DNA of 64,000 nt from Gemmatimonadota bacterium (GCA_040389905.1 JAZJZK010000030.1:22085-86084), one strand, 5' to 3'; counted from the first letter of the stretch, positions 10,325 to 20,004 are shown. Made by a program: numbers and translations. Notes: generated by a model from the letters alone, not told the origin.

Positions 10325-10942
10325 CTACTGAACCGTCACGATCCCAGTCATCTCGGGATGCGTCGGACAGGTGAATGCGAAATCCCCCGAACTGGGAAAC
10401 GAGACCGTGAAGTACTTGGACGTACTCACGGGGATGTAGGCTGGCGAGCCCGTCTTCGTCGCGAACTGCACGTCGTGCCCGATGCCATCGAAGCCCAGCG
10501 CGAACACGAGTGAGCCACCCTTTTGGACGGTCACGAAGTTGGGACTGAAGGCGCGACCGACAGTAAAAATCGTATCTATTTTCTCGGAAGGAACTGGGTT
10601 GGCAACCGTCAACCCATAGCTGCCCGCGATTCCGGAAATCGTGGCCGAGATCTGCACTTGCCCATTCGCCACGCCCGTCACTTTTCCATTTTGGTCCACG
10701 GTTGCGACGGCATTCGCACTCGAGCTCCAAACGAATGTGCCCGGAGTGGCGATTGGCGCCCCCGCCGCATCCGTCGCGGCCGCGATCAACTGCACGGCCT
10801 GGCCGGGCTGAATCGTGGTCACCGTGCCCGTGATCGTGACCTTGGCGACGACGCGTTGCGGCGTCGTCGTCGTGCCTTGGTCACCGCCACAGCCCGCAGC
10901 GAATGCGAGCGCGACGACGAGTGTGATGTGGCGTGGGCGCAT
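10325..10942 (-). CDS. Lipoprotein with Ig-like (Big_2) and cupredoxin-like domains
   Basis: Lipobox AAGC, WSSSANAVATVDQNGKVTGV, GHDV and CPTHPEM copper-site-like motif. Confidence 0.8.
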   Translation of the reverse strand: MRPRHITLVVALAFAAGCGGDQGTTTTPQRVVAKVTITGTVTTIQPGQAVQLIAAATDAAGAPIATPGTFVWSSSANAVATVDQNGKVTGVANGQVQISATISGIAGSYGLTVANPVPSEKIDTIFTVGRAFSPNFVTVQKGGSLVFALGFDGIGHDVQFATKTGSPAYIPVSTSKYFTVSFPSSGDFAFTCPTHPEMTGIVTVQ

Positions 10943-11135
10943 AACGGATCGTGGATTGCTGGAAGCGGCGTGAACAAATGGGTCAACTTCCTGTGCGACG
11001 TGCCGCATTCGCGAACGTTACTGTTGGCGCAGGGCAGAGGAAAGGCAACCGAGACACTTGGAGTTGTGTGTGTGCGTGGGCATCTTTCGTGGCGGCCGGG
11101 CGACCGCACGGCTGAGGTCCTCCGTCAGTTACTTC

Positions 11136-11615
11136 ATGCCGAACGCTACCCGCCAAACTCAATCTGCCCCGCCGCACGATCCCATGGCGGCAGTGCGTGC
11201 CTGCGCCGACGCCATGTACCGTGGCGCGATGGAATGCTGCCGACAACATGATCGTGCCGCGAAAATATCCGGCGCCGAAGAACCCGAGCTCGAGCACAAG
11301 CACCTCGACGCGCTGTGCGCCATGTGTGATGGCTCGCTCGGCGAGTTGACGGACGCGTATACCGCCGCGGCGGCGCACGTCCATCCGGACCGCGACGAAG
11401 CCTGGTGGCACAAGGCGAATGCGCTCTGGCACGCTAGCCGCGAGTACGCGCGGCGCCATGCCGGTTGCGACCGCCTCGCCAAGGGCGTCTCGAGCAAGCA
11501 TAGCCCGGAAAACCTCAAAGCCATGCAATTGGAGTACGAGTTGGAGGCATCATCGCTGTTGGCGCTCAAGCACGCCGCCACGGTGTACCAGAAAACGCGG
11601 CCTGGTCTGATCTGA
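11136..11615 (+). CDS. Hypothetical Cys/His-rich helical protein
   Basis: Host-like codon usage; stop overlaps the next ATG (TGATG); start uncertain. Confidence 0.65.
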   Translation: MPNATRQTQSAPPHDPMAAVRACADAMYRGAMECCRQHDRAAKISGAEEPELEHKHLDALCAMCDGSLGELTDAYTAAAAHVHPDRDEAWWHKANALWHASREYARRHAGCDRLAKGVSSKHSPENLKAMQLEYELEASSLLALKHAATVYQKTRPGLI

Positions 11616-12193
11616 TGGCAGCAAGGAAACGATCCGGTACCACGTCGACATCGGCGAAGCGGCCGAGCAAAGCAGTGAAGACGAAGGCGAAGCGAGTCGC
11701 AAAGCGGGGCATCCTCGCTCGCTATCCATGGAAGGAAGACCCCAACCCGTACGTCGAGTTGCGGACGTCCTCGATCCAGGGCACCGGCGCATTCGCCACC
11801 CGCGCGATCAAGAAAGGCACGCGGATCATTGAGTATCTTGGGCAGCGTATTTCCTGGCGGACTGCGGACAAACGGTACGATGACGACAAGATGGGGCGTC
11901 ATCACACCTTTCTCTTCACCGTCGATGACAAGGTCTGCATCGACGGCGCGGTGAAGGGGAATGCGGCGCGCTTTCTCAACCACTCGTGCGACGGCAATTG
12001 CGAGGCGATCAACGACCGGAAGCGCATTTTCATCGACGCCCGGCGGAACATCAAGGCGGGCGAGGAGCTGCTGTACGACTACCAGTACGAACGAACCGAC
12101 GAGCACACGGAAGAAGACGAGAAGTTCTACGCATGCCGGTGCGGTGCGAAGAAATGCCGGGGATCCATCCTCGCACCGAAATCGACAAGCTGA
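11615..12193 (+). CDS. SET-domain protein-lysine N-methyltransferase
   Basis: IQGTGAFA, ARFLNHSC, GEELLYDY, post-SET CRCGAKKCRG. Confidence 0.92.
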   Translation: MAARKRSGTTSTSAKRPSKAVKTKAKRVAKRGILARYPWKEDPNPYVELRTSSIQGTGAFATRAIKKGTRIIEYLGQRISWRTADKRYDDDKMGRHHTFLFTVDDKVCIDGAVKGNAARFLNHSCDGNCEAINDRKRIFIDARRNIKAGEELLYDYQYERTDEHTEEDEKFYACRCGAKKCRGSILAPKSTS

Positions 12194-12197
12194 CGCG

Positions 12198-13085
12198 ATG
12201 TCGTCCGTGACGATGCGCGCACTGCTCGCCGAGTCGATCGACTACGCGGGTCTGTTCCCGCCGGCGGCGCAGTCGATGCGCGCGGTCGTTGCGAACTACG
12301 ATGCGTACCGGCGCTCGACGGATGCGTGGGCATTGGGGCGACTGATCGTCCCCGCCGTGCGCCTCACCGAGTTGTGGGAACGCGGGTCCCAGCTCGAGCG
12401 GGGCCACGGGCCAACATGGCGCGTGAGCGCGGTCAGTGGTGGCGATGTGGCGAAGGACTCCGAACAGATCGCCGCCTTCAACGCGGTGGCGGACGGAGCG
12501 ATGCTCGTTGACGTTGCCGAGGTGCGCGCGAGCTCCGTGGCGGAAATTCGCGCCGTGACACGCGCATTCGCCGAATTCTCGTCGGTGTTCATCGAGATCC
12601 CATTGACGCACGAGCTGCCGACGCTCCTCGATGCCATCGTCAGCGGAGGCGCAAAGGCAAAGATTCGCGCCGGTGGGACCGTGCAAGATGCATTTCCATC
12701 GCCCGTCGACGTTGGGCGCTTTCTCCGCGGATGCGTCGAGCGAGCATTGCCCTTCAAGGCCACGGCGGGACTGCATCATCCGCTGCGTGGCGCGTATCCG
12801 CTGACGTATGAGCGCAACGCGGCGTGCGCAACGATGTTCGGCTTTCTCAACATGTTGCTTGCCGCGTCACTCGCGCGCGCCGGTGCCGACGAGTCCACAA
12901 TCATCGAGATGCTGGGCGAGAGCGATCGCGCAGCCCTCACGTTCGATGACGAGGGCGCGACGTGGCGTGGAATGCGCATTCCACGCGTGGCCATCGCAGA
13001 CACGCGCACGAAGTCGTGCTTGTCCTTCGGCTCGTGCTCCTTTCGTGAGCCCCTCGATGAACTTCTCACGCTGGGCATGCTGTGA
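12198..13085 (+). CDS. Conserved hypothetical protein coupled to fumarylacetoacetase
   Basis: DYAGLFPPA, PFKATAGLHHP, GFLN, SFGSCSFREP; GTGA overlap with fahA. Confidence 0.75.
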   Translation: MSSVTMRALLAESIDYAGLFPPAAQSMRAVVANYDAYRRSTDAWALGRLIVPAVRLTELWERGSQLERGHGPTWRVSAVSGGDVAKDSEQIAAFNAVADGAMLVDVAEVRASSVAEIRAVTRAFAEFSSVFIEIPLTHELPTLLDAIVSGGAKAKIRAGGTVQDAFPSPVDVGRFLRGCVERALPFKATAGLHHPLRGAYPLTYERNAACATMFGFLNMLLAASLARAGADESTIIEMLGESDRAALTFDDEGATWRGMRIPRVAIADTRTKSCLSFGSCSFREPLDELLTLGML

Positions 13086-14422
13086 CACGAACGGCGCTTG
13101 ACGAAACGCGCATCGCGGGACTCGTCTCGTGGGTTGAATCTGCACAGGATTCCGCGAGTGATTTTCCGATTCAAAACCTGCCGCTCGGCATGTTCAGCGT
13201 CGAGCGTGCAACGTGTCGCCCATGTGTCGCCATTGGCGATCAGGTGCTGGACCTGTGCGCGGCTGAACAGCAGGGGCTCCTGAGCGACGCCCTGGGCTCA
13301 ACGGTCTGGGAGTGCGCACGCGGTGGATCCCTCAATGCGCTCCTGCACGAAGGACGCGCGGCGATCTCCGCGCTTCGCGTCCGGGTGAGCGAACTCCTTC
13401 GCGCCGACACGCACGTGGGCGTCCGCGCAAAGGCGATGCGCTCGGCGTTGCTGAAACCGGCTGCATCGGTGAACCTTGGCCTTCCGTCGCGCGCCGGCGA
13501 CTACACCGATTTCTACGCGTCGATCCATCACGCCACGAACGTCGGGAGCATGTTTCGTCCGGACAACCCGCTGCTTCCCAACTACAAGTGGGTGCCAATC
13601 GGGTATCATGGTCGCGCGTCGTCGCTGGTTCCCAGCGGTTCCCTGATTGCGCGCCCGAGTGGACAGACGCGCGACGAGACTGCGGCCGCTCCCGCGTTCG
13701 GGCCGACGCGACGGCTCGACTATGAACTCGAAGTGGGGGCGATCATTGCAGGCGGAAATGCACGGGGTCGCGCGATCCCGATAGCCGACGCGGAGTCGTT
13801 CGTCGCCGGTTTGTGTCTGGTGAACGACTGGTCGGCGCGCGACGTGCAGGCGTGGGAATACCAACCGCTCGGGCCATTCCTCGCGAAGAATTTTGCTACC
13901 ACCGTTTCGCCGTGGCTCGTTACGCTCGATGCGCTGTCGCCCTTCCGTTCTCCCGCGTTCGCGCGCGCCGAGGGTGATCCGGCGCCGCTGCCGTACCTGG
14001 ACAGTGATGACAACGCGCGCGCCGGAGGCTTCGACATCAGTCTCGAAGTGCTCCTCTCGTCCGCGAGAATGCGCGCGGAGCAGGTTGCGCCGATGCGCGT
14101 GACTATCGGGAACTTCACGACGATGTACTGGACGGTCGCGCAGCTGGTCACGCACCACGCGAGCAACGGATGCAACCTCGTCGCCGGTGACCTCATCGCC
14201 AGCGGAACGGTGAGCGGCGCGGAGAAAGAGTCGCGCGGCTGTCTTCTCGAGCGAACGTGGCGCGGTACCGAGCCGCTCACGTTGCCCAGTGGTGAAACGC
14301 GCACGTTTCTCGAGGATGGCGACGAGGTAATCCTTCGTGGCTGGTGCGAGCGGGACGGGTATCGCCGGATCGGATTTGGGGAATGTCGTGGTATCGTCAT
14401 TCCGGCCGAACTCCCCCGCTAA
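13082..14422 (+). CDS. fahA: Fumarylacetoacetase
   Basis: FPIQNLP, GDYTDFY, YHGRASS, LDYELE, NDWSARD, WEYQPLGPF. Confidence 0.95.
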   Translation: MTRTALDETRIAGLVSWVESAQDSASDFPIQNLPLGMFSVERATCRPCVAIGDQVLDLCAAEQQGLLSDALGSTVWECARGGSLNALLHEGRAAISALRVRVSELLRADTHVGVRAKAMRSALLKPAASVNLGLPSRAGDYTDFYASIHHATNVGSMFRPDNPLLPNYKWVPIGYHGRASSLVPSGSLIARPSGQTRDETAAAPAFGPTRRLDYELEVGAIIAGGNARGRAIPIADAESFVAGLCLVNDWSARDVQAWEYQPLGPFLAKNFATTVSPWLVTLDALSPFRSPAFARAEGDPAPLPYLDSDDNARAGGFDISLEVLLSSARMRAEQVAPMRVTIGNFTTMYWTVAQLVTHHASNGCNLVAGDLIASGTVSGAEKESRGCLLERTWRGTEPLTLPSGETRTFLEDGDEVILRGWCERDGYRRIGFGECRGIVIPAELPR

Positions 14423-14456
14423 ACGTCGCTGCTGAGCCAACTATCCGTAGATTGAA

Positions 14457-14542
14457 GAGCGGATTTCACGGATGCGACGGAACGACCAGATCGTGCTCAT
14501 CGAGCATCAGGAAGCTTCCGTGCAGATCCGTCTGACCCGCTC
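14457..14542. repeat. Imperfect palindrome with CGGAT 9-nt periodic arms
   Basis: GAGCGGATTTCACGGATGCGACGGAA ... TTCCGTGCAGATCCGTCTGACCCGCTC; same style as 59829-60002. Confidence 0.6.
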
Positions 14543-14549
14543 CTAAATC

Positions 14550-14692
14550 CAATGCTGTTCAGTGAGGCTGTCGTCCCGAGCGAAGTCGAGGGATCTGCAC
14601 TTGCCGCCTGTATGCGGGGTGCAGACCCTTCGACTCGCTTCGCTCGCTCAGGGTGACAATCATAGCCATGCCCGCCTAACTGAACAGCATTG
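14550..14692. mobile_element. 143-bp MITE with IS4-family-like terminal inverted repeats and 10-bp target-site duplication
   Basis: TIRs CAATGCTGTTCAGTGAGGC / GCCTAACTGAACAGCATTG (18 of 19 match); CTCCTAAATC at 14540-14549 and 14693-14702. Confidence 0.88.
14569..14658. repeat. REP-like palindrome (TGTC...GAGCGAAG...CTTCGCTC...GACA) inside the MITE
   Basis: Self-complementary arms; homologous to 51136-51254 in the opposite orientation. Confidence 0.85.
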
Positions 14693-14711
14693 CTCCTAAA
14701 TCCATGAGTGC

Positions 14712-16127
14712 ATGACGTCACGATTGACACTGCGCGGCGGAGCAGCATCAGGGAGCGGATCTCGCCTGTGGCTTGGCGTGTTCCTCGTACTCAACGCCTG
14801 CGGCGGCGGACTGCAGGTTCCCGAGCCGGGGCTCGAGCCACGCGCCGGCCCAGTGCTCCCGCCAGCGGAGCCAGCGGTCATCGCGCTCCCGATTTCCATT
14901 TCACTGGGCAAGATTCGCAGTGCGCTCTCCGCGCAGTTTCCTGCGGGCGACTCGCTGACGCAGGCGCAATGCGTGTCATTGGGTGGTGCCGTGTGTCACC
15001 AATACGTGTACCGGCGCGACTCACTCGAGCTGCACATGAGTGGCGATCGCATCGACCTGCTTGCGCGGTTGCGCTATCGCGGGCGCGTTGCGCTGGGTGG
15101 CGTGGCGGGACTCGCGAGCTGCGGCTATGCACCGGAGTCGATGAAGCGCGCTGAATTGCGCGCCGCGACCGCGCTGTACTGGCGGAACGATTGGCGGCTC
15201 GCGTCGCGCAACACGTCACTTGGCGTGACGCTGCCGGATCCCTGTCAGGTGACACTGCTCAAGGTCGACGCGACTCCCTTGATGAAGCGGATCGTCGATG
15301 GCCAGGCGGAGCGGTTGAAGCAGCAGCTCGACAGCGTGATTCCGGCGCTCGCGGATCTGCGTCCGTCGGCCGACTCACTGTGGCGCGCACTGCTCAAGCC
15401 CATCGCGCTCGATTCTGCCAGCACGGTGTGGCTCTCGATGAATCCCGAGAACGTCGCGCTCGCACGCCCACTCGGCCGCGGCGATGCGTTGACGACCGCC
15501 GTCGTCATCACGGCTCGGCCGAAAGCGGTGATTGGCGCGGCGCCCGCCAGGGATCGTCGCGCGCTCCCCACACTTGGTCTTGCCACGACGGCGAGCGGTA
15601 TCCACGTGCCGGTCGACATCGAATTGCCATTCCTGTCACTCAGCGCGCGAGTGACGCAGTTGATGAAGGGCGAGATTCCCGAGGCGAACGTCACCGTGGA
15701 CAGCGTACGGATCTGGGGCGTCGCTGACACGATGGTGGTCCGCGTATCCGTGCGTGGCACCGTCAACGGTGACCTCTTCGCACTCGGCCGCGTGCAATAC
15801 GATTCGGTGAACCGGCACCTGCTCGTCTCGGATCTCAAGTACACGTTGGCAAGCGACAGTCGAATGAGCCGCTTCAAGGCCACGATCGGCTCGTATCGAA
15901 TCAAACGGGCGCTCGATCAGGCGACGGGGCACGGGCAACTCGATATCGGCACGCAGCTGGACTCGCTGCGCCGGCAACTCACGGCGCAGCTCAATCGGCC
16001 ATTGGCACCAGGTGTGTCCGTGAGCGGCAGCGTGAATGACATCCGTATCTCGCGGCTCGCGACGTCGAACACCGCCTTCGTGCTGCGTGTCGTACTCGAC
16101 GGGGCTGCCAGGCTCCTTGTTCAATAG
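14712..16127 (+). CDS. Putative lipoprotein, DUF4403-like
   Basis: LNAC lipobox, long beta-rich ORF; family call from overall pattern only. Confidence 0.6.
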   Translation: MTSRLTLRGGAASGSGSRLWLGVFLVLNACGGGLQVPEPGLEPRAGPVLPPAEPAVIALPISISLGKIRSALSAQFPAGDSLTQAQCVSLGGAVCHQYVYRRDSLELHMSGDRIDLLARLRYRGRVALGGVAGLASCGYAPESMKRAELRAATALYWRNDWRLASRNTSLGVTLPDPCQVTLLKVDATPLMKRIVDGQAERLKQQLDSVIPALADLRPSADSLWRALLKPIALDSASTVWLSMNPENVALARPLGRGDALTTAVVITARPKAVIGAAPARDRRALPTLGLATTASGIHVPVDIELPFLSLSARVTQLMKGEIPEANVTVDSVRIWGVADTMVVRVSVRGTVNGDLFALGRVQYDSVNRHLLVSDLKYTLASDSRMSRFKATIGSYRIKRALDQATGHGQLDIGTQLDSLRRQLTAQLNRPLAPGVSVSGSVNDIRISRLATSNTAFVLRVVLDGAARLLVQ

Positions 16128-16134
16128 AGCAGCG

Positions 16135-16340
16135 AACTGACGTACGAGGTACCCGGAACCGTGTACCCGGACTGGCATCCAACCCAAGAAGAGCCATCGA
16201 CACGGTCGATCGCATCGACCCGACGCCAAACGCCGTCCCGAGGTTCGAGGACGGCGTTCTTCGTGACACCACTCTCGATGGCTCCTTTTGGCCGTTATGC
16301 CAGTCAGGGTACCGGAGCCCGGGTCCTTCGTACGTCTGTT
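16135..16340. repeat. About 210-bp rod-hairpin repeat, copy 1
   Basis: Ends AACTGACGTACGAGGTACCC ... GGGTCCTTCGTACGTCTGTT; homologous to 27156-27367. Confidence 0.85.
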
Positions 16341-16342
16341 AG

Positions 16343-17263
16343 TTACCGCCTGACGGAGTCGGGTACCACGCCAGCCGGGTAGGGAACCGGCTCTTTCGTC
16401 AGCCCCTTCACCTTGATCGACTGGCCGATCTTGATGCGGTCGCCCACAATGCCGTTGAGTGCCCGCACCGCTTCGGGCGTGGTGTTGTACATCTTCGCCA
16501 CGGACGCAAGCGCCTGTCCGGGCCGCACCGTGTGGTACCACTCGCGACGACCATTGTGGATGGCCACCAGACGGGCGCGATCCTTCGCGCGTCGCGCTTC
16601 GCGACGTTGCCAGCCGACCGCACGCAGGCTGCCGTACTTCTTGGCGACGGCGGCAAGCAATTTGTCCGCGTCGGCCGACGCGCCGGACGGGATGCCAAGC
16701 GTCAATGTGCCGGCCGGAGCCCGAATCCGAACGGCGCGCGACAACCACATGAGCGTACGCGCTGGCGTAACCATGGCCAGCGTGTCGATCGGCCAGTCGC
16801 GCTGATCGAATGTTGGGGGTGCGTCCGCAGGGCTGAGTGGATCGCGCGGTTGCAGCCCGAGATAGAGCAGGCGACCGCCAACGGGATGCGTCGAATCCGG
16901 GCTCGCATCGGTGAGGACGAGCAGCCCGCGTGTGGGCCGAAAATAGTCCACTGCGGGCCGCTGCCACACGCTGACCTCCGCGAGAATCCGCTCGCCGGAC
17001 TTGAGCGCGCTGAGTCGCAGTTCCCGTTCCGTGAAGACGCGCGCGTCCCTCGGATCCGACCGCACGGCGTGATACGCGATTTGTACGACGATCAGGAGTG
17101 CGGCGAGACCGACGCACCAGCCGAGGTACTTGAGCCAGACCGGGTAGGCTCCGCGCCGTCTGCGACGACGGTTTCGGCGGGGCATGACGTCCCAGTTGGG
17201 CAGGTTGCTGGTGTCGCCTGTCCAGACGCCATCGGTTTGGATTGGGATCGGTGCATTGCTCAC
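16343..17263 (-). CDS. Membrane-anchored LysM-domain protein
   Basis: One TM segment; C-terminal YHTVRPGQALASVAKMYNTTPEAVRALNGI. Confidence 0.85.
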   Translation of the reverse strand: MSNAPIPIQTDGVWTGDTSNLPNWDVMPRRNRRRRRRGAYPVWLKYLGWCVGLAALLIVVQIAYHAVRSDPRDARVFTERELRLSALKSGERILAEVSVWQRPAVDYFRPTRGLLVLTDASPDSTHPVGGRLLYLGLQPRDPLSPADAPPTFDQRDWPIDTLAMVTPARTLMWLSRAVRIRAPAGTLTLGIPSGASADADKLLAAVAKKYGSLRAVGWQRREARRAKDRARLVAIHNGRREWYHTVRPGQALASVAKMYNTTPEAVRALNGIVGDRIKIGQSIKVKGLTKEPVPYPAGVVPDSVRR

Positions 17264-17447
17264 GCGATTCTGTATGGGAAGAACAGTGCCGCGGCGTCAG
17301 CCGAACCACGCAACTTGTGATGTAACAAATGTTGCAGAAGAGCTTGTCATAAGCTGTAACCCTTGTTACCCTCAGTGCACTACCGTTGGTGCCGTTTTCC
17401 CACGTGCGCCTGCCTCGGCCCGTCGTTCTGCATGACCGGAGGCTCGT

Positions 17448-18320
17448 ATTCGCGTCGTCCCGATAGCCCGCCAGCTCGCGGTTGCAGTTGTTGCCGCGGC
17501 CACCGTCGTGTTCACCGCGTCGCAGGTGCACCCCGTTTTTCTCGGGCAAGCGCCCGTGGCAGGTCGGGTGCTCGCGGCCGCGTACCTGGAGTCGTCCGCC
17601 GTGCGTGCGCCATGGCTCAGCCTCCCAGAGGCGCTGGCCCTTCGACACCCGCAATTCCAGCGAGATGTCAACGCCTTCGCGTCGGATCTCCGGCGCACGG
17701 GGCGTATCGACCCCGACCGAGCTGATTCCATCGCCCAGGTGGCGGTGCGGGAAGCGTACCACCGTCGCGTCCCGCCGGCGCTTGTGCTCGGCGTGATGCT
17801 CACCGAGAACGACGCATTCAAGTCGAAGGCACGCTCGAACGTCGGGGCGCTTGGACTCATGCAGATCATGCCACGACTGTGGGCTCCGAACCTCGGACCG
17901 ATCCTTGGCCGGAATCTTCGCGACGATGAGACGAACGTAAGGTACGGCGTCTATATCCTGAAGCATTTCGCGAAGCGCACCGCCGATACACTCGATGCCG
18001 ACGACCTGACACGCGACGCGTTGCTCAGTTACAACGGGTGCGTGCGCGGATCGAATACGCCGGACTGCAAGGCGTACCCGAAGAAGGTCCAGCGCCACGT
18101 GGAGCGAAGCGCGCTCGCCTCGTGTGATGGCAGGCCGTTCCTGGATTGTGTGGCACTCCCACTGTGGGCAGCTGTTCGGGATACCACGCCACCGCCGATG
18201 CCCTCGGCGGCGATTGCGAGCGCGTTGCCCGTGGTGTCGACAGACCGCGAGCGCGCGACCGGACGCGCCGCGCCATTCGCCGGGCGACTAGGACACTGGC
18301 TGACTGTACGCGGCAACTAA
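17448..18320 (+). CDS. Lytic transglycosylase (SLT domain); probable ATT start at 17448 (alternative GTG 17508)
   Basis: VMLTEND, GALGLMQIMP, NVRYGVYIL, ALLSYNG; GGAGG 5 nt before an in-frame ATT. Confidence 0.85.
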   Translation: MRVVPIARQLAVAVVAAATVVFTASQVHPVFLGQAPVAGRVLAAAYLESSAVRAPWLSLPEALALRHPQFQRDVNAFASDLRRTGRIDPDRADSIAQVAVREAYHRRVPPALVLGVMLTENDAFKSKARSNVGALGLMQIMPRLWAPNLGPILGRNLRDDETNVRYGVYILKHFAKRTADTLDADDLTRDALLSYNGCVRGSNTPDCKAYPKKVQRHVERSALASCDGRPFLDCVALPLWAAVRDTTPPPMPSAAIASALPVVSTDRERATGRAAPFAGRLGHWLTVRGN

Positions 18321-18380
18321 GCGATCCCCCAGACGGCTAAAGCGCGGCAGTTTCCGTCAAGCGAGCGTCAGCGAGCGGCT

Positions 18381-19181
18381 TCACTTGATCGGCTCCACTC
18401 TCGTCTGAACGGTTTGCTTCACGCCCATCTGCATGTTCTGCGGCATCATCGTGACCTTCGTGGTCACGTCATCCGTCGACGTTCCGCCGAGGTAGCTGCC
18501 GCGCGCCGTGACGAAGAAGGTGCCTGTTCCAGAGCTCACCAGATCGACGTTGAGCGAGTTGGCTTGCATGTTTCCGCCACCCGACGCGCTCGAGGTGGTG
18601 GTGCGCCGAATGCGAAAGGCCTTCTGTCCAGCAACGACGGTATCCCCGGTCACCTTGTAACTTGATACGGTCGTGCGGTCCATCTGCATGCCCTGCATTG
18701 TCACCTTGCCCGTCGTGGTATCGGACCATGACGCCCCGTTGGCGAGGTTCGAGCGGACTGATGGGACCAACCGCACGACGCCGTCGGTGAATTGCTCCAT
18801 CATCGGATCCATTCTCGTGCCACTCCGAGAGGAATAGAACCTCCCCGTGGGGGACATCAACGTCGTGAATTTCGCGCCATTGAGCTCGCTCATGTCCGAA
18901 GGCACGCCGGTGGTCATTTGCACGGCGATCGAGTCGAGCACCATGTTCGCCGTCACTGTGTCACGCGTGCGCTTGTTCAGGTCGACGGTGACGAACTGTC
19001 GCATCTCCACGTCGAAATCGGCGTTCCCGAAGGGGCTGGTCTGCGTGGCCTTCGTGTTCATCGTGATCTTGTAGCGCGATGTGCCCATCGCGTACTCGAA
19101 GCCCTGTGCCCGTAGGGACGTTCCGCTGAGGAGCATCCCCACCGCAAGAGGAAGTGGCGCGAGAATCCGCAAAGACGGCAT
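18381..19181 (-). CDS. Secreted beta-rich hypothetical protein
   Basis: Signal peptide MPSLRILAPLPLAVGMLLSGTSLRAQ; Thr/Met-rich beta strands. Confidence 0.7.
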   Translation of the reverse strand: MPSLRILAPLPLAVGMLLSGTSLRAQGFEYAMGTSRYKITMNTKATQTSPFGNADFDVEMRQFVTVDLNKRTRDTVTANMVLDSIAVQMTTGVPSDMSELNGAKFTTLMSPTGRFYSSRSGTRMDPMMEQFTDGVVRLVPSVRSNLANGASWSDTTTGKVTMQGMQMDRTTVSSYKVTGDTVVAGQKAFRIRRTTTSSASGGGNMQANSLNVDLVSSGTGTFFVTARGSYLGGTSTDDVTTKVTMMPQNMQMGVKQTVQTRVEPIK

Positions 19182-19331
19182 GTGTACCTGGCTCCAGTTG
19201 GGGGACGACTCAGCAGATTCGCCGGCGTTCATCTTCATACGCGCTATCGCGCTGAATGTTACCGAGTTGCAAGCTGGCATGAGGCCACTCGTCGAGTAGG
19301 TTGCACTGCCTCCACCCTCCCACAATACGAC

Positions 19332-19874
19332 ATGACAGACGCGACCGCCGCGCAACCGTTCCCCAGTGACGAAGTACTGATCGAACGACTTCATGACGAC
19401 GTCGTCATTCCGCGCCGCGCGACAGCGGGGTCGGCAGGGCAGGATCTCCACGCCTATTTGCGAGGCCGATCGGTTCGCACGTCAGATGGCACGCAACAGT
19501 CCGACGTGCCGGCGTCCGAGCTGGATGGGAGTTGGGGAGTGACCCTCCAGCCGCGAGAGATGGCCCTCATCCCCCTTGGATTTCGCACGCGTATGCCACA
19601 CGGAATCGAAGCGCAAATCCGGCCGCGCAGTGGTCAAGCATTCAAGAACGCGCTGACCGTTCCGAACGCGCCCGGGACCATCGACGCCGACTATGCGGAG
19701 GAGTGGATGGTGATTGTACGAAACGATGCTCCGGTTGCGCGGCGGATCATCCACGGGGAACGGATCGCGCAGGTGGTCTTCGCGCGTTATGCGATGCCGG
19801 CGTTCGTTGACGGCTCCGTTTCCCGCACGACCGAAAGGGAAGGGGGTTTTGGAAGCACAGGGACGGGACGCTGA
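19332..19874 (+). CDS. dut: dUTP diphosphatase
   Basis: GSAGQDL, QIRPRSG, PGTIDADY, GERIAQ, REGGFGSTG. Confidence 0.95.
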   Translation: MTDATAAQPFPSDEVLIERLHDDVVIPRRATAGSAGQDLHAYLRGRSVRTSDGTQQSDVPASELDGSWGVTLQPREMALIPLGFRTRMPHGIEAQIRPRSGQAFKNALTVPNAPGTIDADYAEEWMVIVRNDAPVARRIIHGERIAQVVFARYAMPAFVDGSVSRTTEREGGFGSTGTGR

Positions 19875-19913
19875 AACAAAGAGCGGCAGAGCCCGCGAAG
19901 GCTCTGCCGCTCT
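19875..19913 (-). terminator. Intrinsic terminator with its T-tract on the minus strand (possibly bidirectional)
   Basis: 14-bp stem AGAGCGGCAGAGCC/GGCTCTGCCGCTCT followed by TTGTTT on the minus strand. Confidence 0.8.
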
Positions 19914-20004
19914 CTATCGTCAACGTGGTCCCAGCCCTGTTACCTGGTGCTCACGAAAACGAAACCGGACCGCAAGACCGCCGATCCGCGTAAACCGTTG
20001 AAAG

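Noticed and set aside
15636..18098. 820-aa minus-strand ORF and similar long shadow ORFs (47222-48934, 38423-39946, 54522-56006)
   Set aside because: Arg/Ala/Pro-rich alternative frames overlapping well-supported genes, as expected at high GC.
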